Positions 60,506 to 64,000 of a stretch of DNA of 64,000 nucleotides are shown here, piece after piece. The notes under the pieces were generated by a model. That model had not been told where the DNA came from and did no database searches. It was given only the letters and a program-made list of their open reading frames with translations. The translations under genes and the position numbers were made by a program. The first letter of the stretch is position 1. The number at the start of each line of letters is the position of its first letter. The DNA is from Bacillota bacterium (GTDB lineage: Bacteria > Bacillota > Dehalobacteriia > UBA4068 > UBA4997), in NCBI GenBank assembly GCA_021771915.1, contig JAETNY010000002.1:77825-141824 (forward strand). The letters are read 5' to 3'.

Positions 60506-61030
60506 TCAGGTTTTTGGCAGCAAATCAGCCAGCCATTTTTCCAACGTCTCGGCCAAAGCCAGCTGCTGGCGCAGCACGGCCAGACCGGTGGCCGGAATAT
60601 CCGCGGATTTTTCTTTCAGCCATAAATTTTCCTGAATATATGATTTCAGAATTTTCAGATTATCTTCAATGCCGGCCAAACAAAAGCTTTGCTTTTCAGC
60701 GGAAAGACCGGCCAAATTGACGATAACAGCATTAAAATCTAAAAAAATGTTAATTGGCTGGCAGGCCACTTCCAACATCAAACGCTCAAATTCCAGGTCG
60801 CCGGCCGCCGTCAGGGAATAAACCGTCTTTTCCGGCATTTTCCCCGTCCGCTCCGGCTGACCGCTGATATAACCTTTTTCTTCCAGTTGCAGCACCTTTT
60901 TGTATATCGAAGGGGTGCTGATTTTTACCCAGTGGGAAATATGCCGATAATCCACCAGCTTTTGCAGCTCGTAAGCGCTCAAAGGCTGTTTTTTTAACAT
61001 ACCCAGAACAATTAAATCAATAGTTGACAT
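60506..61030 (-). CDS. PadR family transcriptional regulator
   Basis: N-terminal winged HTH (DLIVLGMLKKQPLSAYELQKLV) and a C-terminal dimerisation domain. It is divergent from the MATE gene. Confidence 0.8.
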   Translation of the reverse strand: MSTIDLIVLGMLKKQPLSAYELQKLVDYRHISHWVKISTPSIYKKVLQLEEKGYISGQPERTGKMPEKTVYSLTAAGDLEFERLMLEVACQPINIFLDFNAVIVNLAGLSAEKQSFCLAGIEDNLKILKSYIQENLWLKEKSADIPATGLAVLRQQLALAETLEKWLADLLPKT

Positions 61031-61049
61031 ATTTTCTCTCCTTTGCAGC

Positions 61050-61123
61050 TTGACATCTACTATAAATTATAGTATAATATTCAGCGCATTGCAACTACTA
61101 TATTTTATAGTACTATAAAATAT
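61050..61123. promoter_or_regulatory. PadR/MATE divergent control region: MATE promoter (TTGACA-17-TATAAT) overlapped by dyad operators TACTATA-N3-TATAGTA and CTATA-N3-TATAG / TATAGTACTATA
   Basis: The -35 is at 61050-55 and the -10 at 61073-78. A perfect 7-3-7 palindrome at 61058-74 spans the spacer and the -10. Further palindromes lie at 61098-61117. Confidence 0.5.
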
Positions 61124-61144
61124 CTATTAAGGAGGTTAATTTAC

Positions 61145-62494
61145 ATGTCAAATTCAAAAACCAATCCGCGATTACAACTTCTGGCCAGCGCGCCCATAGC
61201 TAAAGCGCTTTTTAGCCTTGGTATCCCCACCATGTTTGGCATGCTGATAAACGCTGTCTACAATGTGGCAGACGCCTATTTTGTCAGCGGCTTGGGGCAA
61301 AGCCAGCTTGGTGCGATTACCATAGTATATCCCCTAAGTCAGGTAGTGGTTGGTCTTGGGCTGCTTTTCGGCAATGGCGCAGCAGCTTATATCTCACGCC
61401 AGCTGGGTTGCGGCAACCAGGCAAAAGCCAGTCAGATTGCCAGCACCGCTCTATACAGCTGTCTGCTCAGTGGCGCTGTTATCATCACACTTGCCCTGCT
61501 CTTTTTACAACCGCTTTTACAGCTTTCCGGTGCCAGTGTCAGCATTTTGCCTTATGCAAAAACTTACGCCCCAATTTACATTATAGCCTGCATTTTCAAC
61601 CTGTTTAATGTCACCATGAATAATATCGTCACCAGCGAAGGCACCGCCAGAACAACCTGGCGTGCACTTTTAAGTGGCGCTTTACTCAACATAATTTTAG
61701 ACCCATTGCTAATTTACAGCTTAAATTGGGGTGTTGCCGGAGCCGCTGTTGCCACTGCAATTTCCCAGCTGTTCAGCAGTCTGATTTATCTGCATTACAT
61801 ATTAAGCCGCCGCAGCGTTTTCAGTTTTAAGCCCAAAGATTGCCGATTTGCCAAAGAAATACTTCTGCCAATAATGCAAATAGGTATCCCCACCATGATT
61901 TTTCAGCTGTTGGGCAGTCTGGCAATTACATTAATAAACCGTCAGGCACAGTTTTACGGTGATTACGCCGTTGCCGCGCTCGGCACTGTTACACGCCTGT
62001 TAACTATTGGCAGCCTGATGGTTTTTGGCTTTATTAAAGGCTTTCAGCCCCTTGCCGCTTACAGTTATGGCGCTCAGAATTATAACCGCCTACGTAACGC
62101 TATCTATACCACAACGCGCTGGGCAACCTTTTTGTGCATTGCTTTCAGCCTGATTATGCTAATTTTTGCTTCGCAAATTATCGCTCAATTCAGCGGCGCC
62201 AACCAACAATTACAAACTCTGGGCATACAAGCGCTACGCATCAATGCCATTTCCTTTTTATTTTTTGGCTTTCACACGGTTTATTCCTGCCTGTTTCTGG
62301 CGCTTGGCCAGGCCAGAACCGGTTTTATTTTGGGTATCTGTCGCCAAGGTCTTTGTTTCCTGCCGCTAGTATGGTTTCTATCCCGATTTTATGGTCTGCA
62401 TGGACTAATTTATGCCCAACCGGCCGCAGATATATTAACAGCCTTTATCACATTAATTTTAGCACTGCGCTTACATAAAAAGCTGCCAAAATAA
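61145..62494 (+). CDS. MATE family efflux transporter
   Basis: 449 aa with 12 TM segments (MatE repeats). AAGGAGG RBS. Confidence 0.8.
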   Translation: MSNSKTNPRLQLLASAPIAKALFSLGIPTMFGMLINAVYNVADAYFVSGLGQSQLGAITIVYPLSQVVVGLGLLFGNGAAAYISRQLGCGNQAKASQIASTALYSCLLSGAVIITLALLFLQPLLQLSGASVSILPYAKTYAPIYIIACIFNLFNVTMNNIVTSEGTARTTWRALLSGALLNIILDPLLIYSLNWGVAGAAVATAISQLFSSLIYLHYILSRRSVFSFKPKDCRFAKEILLPIMQIGIPTMIFQLLGSLAITLINRQAQFYGDYAVAALGTVTRLLTIGSLMVFGFIKGFQPLAAYSYGAQNYNRLRNAIYTTTRWATFLCIAFSLIMLIFASQIIAQFSGANQQLQTLGIQALRINAISFLFFGFHTVYSCLFLALGQARTGFILGICRQGLCFLPLVWFLSRFYGLHGLIYAQPAADILTAFITLILALRLHKKLPK

Positions 62495-62508
62495 TTGAAT
62501 TTAGGGGC

Positions 62509-62537
62509 TTGATTTTTTCTGCCGCTTTTGCTATAAT
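62509..62537 (+). promoter_or_regulatory. sigma-A promoter for tRNA-Leu
   Basis: TTGATT, a 17-bp spacer, then TATAAT at 62532-37. Confidence 0.45.
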
Positions 62538-62565
62538 ATTAAAGGTCAGTTTTGGCCTAAAATTT

Positions 62566-62652
62566 GCGAGAGTGGCGGAATCGGCAGACGCGCTACTTTG
62601 AGGGGGTAGTGGGAACTTTCCTGTACGGGTTCAAGTCCCGTCTCTCGCACCA
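62566..62652 (+). tRNA. tRNA-Leu (GAG anticodon), class II with long variable arm
   Basis: GCGAGAGTGGCGGAATCGGCAGACGCGCTACTTTGAGGGGGTAGTGGGAACTTTCCTGTACGGGTTCAAGTCCCGTCTCTCGCACCA is collinear with E. coli tRNA-Leu. The anticodon loop is TTGAGGG and the CCA is encoded. Confidence 0.85.
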
Positions 62653-62739
62653 AAAGGCGCAAATTTGAACACAAAGCCAAGATTTTACTTTGTTAAGAAA
62701 ATAGTGGTTGTGGTAGTCAGATTTGTCAAATAGTTTAAT

Positions 62740-62775
62740 CCCTGCTGGTTAGCAATAGCTGGCAGGGTTTTTTTG
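62740..62775 (+). terminator. terminator after tRNA-Leu
   Basis: CCCTGCTGG / CTGGCAGGG stem (two G-U pairs) with a 10-nt loop, then TTTTTTT. Confidence 0.55.
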
Positions 62776-62873
62776 TTTTAAACAAACTTTTCTTATCGAA
62801 TATCAATATTATTTATCAAAAGCCAGCGACAAATGGTAAAATTTGGTAATATTTATCTAAAGGATCTTGGTTT

Positions 62874-63032
62874 ATGATTACAATTTTACTGTCCACCCTG
62901 CTTGGCGCGCGGCGATGGACGCAAATGGATTTATCTCGTGTTACCAAAATACGGCCAAATACCATTAACGATTTATACCATGAAATGACTGACCGTGTTA
63001 GTCTTGAGCAGCTTGATTTAATATGCTAAGCG
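62874..63032 (+). CDS. small XRE-family HTH transcriptional regulator (YozG-like, 52 aa)
   Basis: MITILLSTLLGARRWTQMDLSRVTKIRPNTINDLYHEMTDRVSLEQLDLIC matches the YozG-type mini-XRE pattern (TGIRPNTISNLYHEK ... LDKIC). AAAGGA RBS. Confidence 0.55.
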
Positions 63033-63135
63033 TTAAATTGCAAACTGACTGACTTAATTGTCTGAGAGCCTAACACTGTTCCCAAACTTAATCAGGCTGA
63101 TTTGAAAACGCTGGATAAAAAAGGCTAACCTCTAA

Positions 63136-63170
63136 AAGCCCTCGACTTCACAGTTGAGGGCTTTATTATA
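63136..63170 (+). terminator. weak terminator-like hairpin after the XRE gene
   Basis: An 8-bp stem AAGCCCTC / GAGGGCTT with a 12-nt loop and only a partly T-rich tail. Confidence 0.3.
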
Positions 63171-63196
63171 TTTATAATATAAAAGGGGATGTTAGC

Positions 63197-63874
63197 ATGA
63201 ATATTGACTGGAATTCTAACTTTTTGTGGGGAATACTAAGTTTAGCAGGTGGTGGAATATTTAGTTTTATATTTTTTATATTAGGTAAAAAAACAAAAAA
63301 AATTGTTTATGAAATTAACAGCACACAACTAATTTCCGATAAGTTATCACAAATTAAAGGTTTACATATAACATTTGATGATAAAGAATTATCTAATCTT
63401 ACTTCTACAACAATCTCTATTATAAATAAGGGTAATGATATTATAGAAGATACGGATTTTGCCAGTCTTGAACCACTTCAGTTAAAATGTTCCAAAGAAA
63501 TTTTGAAAGTTAGTGATGCAAATTCATTTATTACAAAAATTTCAAACAAAACATGTAATATAAAACTAAAACAAATCAATCCAAATATTATACAAATATA
63601 TTGTGAATTTTTGAAAAAAAATGACGAATTTATTTTAACCATACTGCATACTGGTGAAATAGAGCTTTTAGGTACTCTAAAATCCGGCAAATTGATTAAT
63701 TCAAATATAAGAATATATAATAACAAATTATTATTTGATAATATTTTTCGGTTTACTGCATTAATCTTTTCTGTTTTTACGTTAGCGTTTTATAAATTAA
63801 GTATTCTTCCAACTATTTTATTAATTTACATAATGGCAATTACGTTAATTGACTATGCAAAAAAAAGTAACTAA
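63197..63874 (+). CDS. AT-rich membrane protein of unknown function (N-terminal TM, ~150 aa soluble region, two C-terminal TM)
   Basis: 225 aa. The gene is far more AT-rich than the window average and uses Asn/Ile/Lys-rich codons. It has its own promoter-like TTTATAATAT and an AAAAGGGGA RBS. Confidence 0.55.
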   Translation: MNIDWNSNFLWGILSLAGGGIFSFIFFILGKKTKKIVYEINSTQLISDKLSQIKGLHITFDDKELSNLTSTTISIINKGNDIIEDTDFASLEPLQLKCSKEILKVSDANSFITKISNKTCNIKLKQINPNIIQIYCEFLKKNDEFILTILHTGEIELLGTLKSGKLINSNIRIYNNKLLFDNIFRFTALIFSVFTLAFYKLSILPTILLIYIMAITLIDYAKKSN

Positions 63875-63875
63875 A

Positions 63876-63920
63876 AAAGTGCGCCAACAGCCAAAAAAAC
63901 TGTCAGCGCACTTTTTTCCT
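63876..63920. terminator. bidirectional terminator
   Basis: AAAGTGCGC ... GCGCACTTT stem with an inner ACAG/CTGT pair, then TTTTTT. Confidence 0.55.
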
Positions 63921-64000
63921 TTACTTAACCGTCACCACCGGCACCCCAGCCTTAGCATCATAACCAATATCAATCCGGGCGTCCCGTAAATCCTGCAACT
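63921..64000 (-). CDS. 3' end of an unidentified minus-strand gene (C-terminus ...LQDLRDARIDIGYDAKAGVPVVTVK)
   Basis: The frame is open from the window end down to a TAA at 63921-23. Only 26 codons are visible. Confidence 0.3.
   Translation of the reverse strand, partial: LQDLRDARIDIGYDAKAGVPVVTVK

Noticed and set aside
62566-62652. Possible tRNA-Sec, because of the long variable arm and an odd-looking anticodon region
   Set aside because: Alignment to E. coli tRNA-Leu gives a clean class II Leu cloverleaf with anticodon GAG. There is no UCA anticodon and no 8-bp acceptor stem.

Overview
This 64 kb window is chromosomal DNA of roughly 50% GC from an anaerobic, probably endospore-forming Firmicute (Clostridia/Negativicutes-like). 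The clues are an SLH-domain surface protein, a DHHW protein, a SpoIVFA/SpoIVFB-like pair, CwlD-like and YqeG-like genes, and a single-chain PurL. Coding density is high; about two thirds of the genes are on the minus strand.

Left to right, the window contains:
- a partial AdhE-like CoA-acylating aldehyde dehydrogenase
- the conserved clostridial block RNase E/G, TIGR03936, B12-binding radical SAM TIGR03960, S2P (M50) and an M23/LytM protein
- a YqeG-type HAD phosphatase
- a 13-gene nuo operon (nuoA,B,C,D,H,I,J,K,[lipoprotein],L,M,N,M-like) that lacks nuoE, nuoF and nuoG
- an amidase_3 gene and a DHHW gene
- tRNA-Met plus tRNA-Glu(CUC), with promoter and terminator
- a MerR/GyrI-like regulator with a textbook 19-bp-spacer promoter
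- GNAT genes
- a large Ter-type stress-response island: four TerD-domain genes, one of them fused to a novel N-terminal domain; TIGR00266/AIM24; two PRTase-type proteins; an HpcH/CitE-like protein; an HAD hydrolase; a Ca-type P-ATPase; and a TerY-P triad (vWA, PP2C, Ser/Thr kinase)
- an SLH cell-surface protein
- an AT-rich region with degenerate ORFs
- a gene split by a frameshift in an A8 tract, followed by a protein with an HNH-like motif
- DUF362, metY, a LysR regulator, luxS, tRNA-Thr, xth, an M20 dipeptidase, a CBS protein, a Tiki/ChaN-like secreted protein, larA, a reverse rubrerythrin, purL, an MFS transporter, PadR plus a MATE exporter with dyad operators, and tRNA-Leu(GAG)
- a low-GC islet after tRNA-Leu (small XRE regulator plus membrane protein)

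No CRISPR array, rRNA gene, transposase or integrase was seen.

The most interesting features are:
- the Ter/TerY-P island with a TerD fusion protein
- the headless complex I with a duplicated antiporter-like subunit and an embedded lipoprotein gene
- the frameshifted hypothetical gene pair
- a promoter-to-terminator candidate small RNA at 38.7-38.95 kb
- the tRNA-Leu-associated AT-rich islet
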